A stretch of 37,699 nt of DNA from the NCBI GenBank assembly GCA_949439935.1, contig CASRZA010000003.1, positions 1-37,699 on the forward strand, given 5' to 3'. The translations under genes were made by a program, and so were the position numbers. The notes under the pieces were generated by a model that was not told where the DNA came from, made no database searches, and saw only the letters and a program-made list of their open reading frames with translations. Position 1 is the stretch's first letter. Each line of letters starts with the position of its first letter. This stretch comes from an uncultured Bacilli bacterium. GTDB lineage: Bacteria > Bacillota_I > Bacilli_A > RF39 > UBA660. Of this stretch, positions 36,558-37,699 are shown one piece after another.

Positions 36558-37553
36558 ATGCCGAAAAAATTACTCGATAATTTATACTATCTCTCCTGGC
36601 TTATTATCGCTCTCTTGGCAATTTTTCTATTTAGACTGATAAAAATATATGACATTTTCTGTACGTTTTTTAAAATAGTCTTTCCGGTCATTTTTGGTTA
36701 TATCTTCGCTTGGATACTAAAACCGCTGATGACTAAACTAGAACGAAAACTTAATCGAAAAATATCGATCGTCTTAATCGTTTTGACGTTTATAGTTTTT
36801 TATTTTTTGATAATATGGAAACTTATTCCGATTTTCCTAGAAAATGCTTCAAGCTTATTGAGCATGATCGAAGAATATCAAACTAAACTCTCAGAGTATC
36901 CATTTTTAGAAGGACTCAAGGACGTTAAAACCATCGATATCAATACACTTTTAAGCTCGTGTGGAAACTTGATCTCTTGGCTAATCGAATTCGTTTTGAT
37001 CCATATATTCGGATTCTACATGCTCTATACTTACGATTCTATAAATTCATTTCTTCGAAGTTTAATACCACAAAAATACAAAAGAATAGTCTTAGAATAT
37101 GTAAGAAAAATGTCTATTAACATGAGAATCTACATCAAAGGAACCTTATTAGATACTTTAATATTGTTCATAATTTCGAGTATCCTTTATCTCATAATAG
37201 GGTTAGATTATGCGATCATACTGGCAGGTTTCTCGGCAATTACAAATGTCATTCCATTCGTCGGTCCTTACATCGGAGGAATACCTGCTGTCTTAGTCGG
37301 GTTAGGCACAAGTGTCGATCTAGGTTTAGTGACATTGGGTGTCATAATCTTCGCACAGACGATAGAATCTAACATCATCAATCCGATGATCATGAGTAAA
37401 TGTATCAAAGTTAATCCGATATTGATCATCATTTCTCTTTCCATAATGGGTAAATTTGCCGGTTTATTAGGTATGATCTTCGCAGTGCCTATCATAATCA
37501 TATTTAAACTGACTTATGAATTCACAAAGAAATATAAAAAATTGGCGAATTAG
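36558..37553 (+). CDS. AI-2E family transporter (YrrI-like)
   Basis: Multi-TM; NVIPFVGPYIG, QTIESNIINP, GLLGMIFAVP. Confidence 0.92.
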   Translation: MPKKLLDNLYYLSWLIIALLAIFLFRLIKIYDIFCTFFKIVFPVIFGYIFAWILKPLMTKLERKLNRKISIVLIVLTFIVFYFLIIWKLIPIFLENASSLLSMIEEYQTKLSEYPFLEGLKDVKTIDINTLLSSCGNLISWLIEFVLIHIFGFYMLYTYDSINSFLRSLIPQKYKRIVLEYVRKMSINMRIYIKGTLLDTLILFIISSILYLIIGLDYAIILAGFSAITNVIPFVGPYIGGIPAVLVGLGTSVDLGLVTLGVIIFAQTIESNIINPMIMSKCIKVNPILIIISLSIMGKFAGLLGMIFAVPIIIIFKLTYEFTKKYKKLAN

Positions 37554-37629
37554 CATTACAAAAATTACTTTCTAGTGATTTTTTTCTTTTGACAAAAATG
37601 CAAAACCATATGAAAAAGTGGCAAAAACA

Positions 37630-37641
37630 GAACATCTGTTC
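37630..37641. promoter_or_regulatory. Candidate LexA (Cheo) box
   Basis: GAAC-ATCT-GTTC in intergenic DNA downstream of TTGACA (37589-37594). Confidence 0.5.
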
Positions 37642-37699
37642 AATATTTCGACATTTTTTCATAAAAAAATGAGAAAAATGAAAGTTTTCCGGAATAATA

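Noticed and set aside
59-37501. Many short antisense or alternate-frame ORFs in the track (e.g. 6441..6866, 7008..7505, 19884..22676 series, 13661..13990, 29500..29787)
   Set aside because: They lie within well-supported genes and show no recognisable motifs; typical shadow ORFs.
1-37699. DGR template repeat, reverse transcriptase, CRISPR array, integrase or IS
   Set aside because: No second copy of the 857-976 scaffold, no RT-like ORF, no regularly spaced repeats and no recombinase motifs were seen.

Overview
Low-GC (about one third GC by eye), genetic-code-11 Firmicute chromosome segment. The short SMC, PFOR, type IV pilus parts, sigma-G-type promoters and Bacillus-like micro-synteny (6S RNA-tcdA; rnc-smc; recD2-small gene-AI-2E) suggest an uncultured anaerobic, probably sporulating member of the Bacilli (RF39-like; inference). 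Housekeeping genes (csp, tRNA-Arg(CCT), NUDIX, 6S RNA, tcdA, smc, rnc, nifJ, nfo, mtaB, recD2) alternate with many cell-surface genes. These include a 5'-truncated gene ending in what looks like a diversity-generating-retroelement (DGR) variable region with a GAA-triloop hairpin but no RT/TR in the window, a class B sortase with a large N-terminal cytoplasmic domain divergent from two paralogous sortase substrates, a TasA-like/LRR fusion plus an internally deleted copy, and dispersed pilC/pilD/pilin. Decayed genes: a HigBA-like pair with one in-frame TAA in each gene and an AAA-ATPase remnant. No CRISPR, rRNA, integrase or transposase was seen. All family calls come from motif recognition, not database searches.
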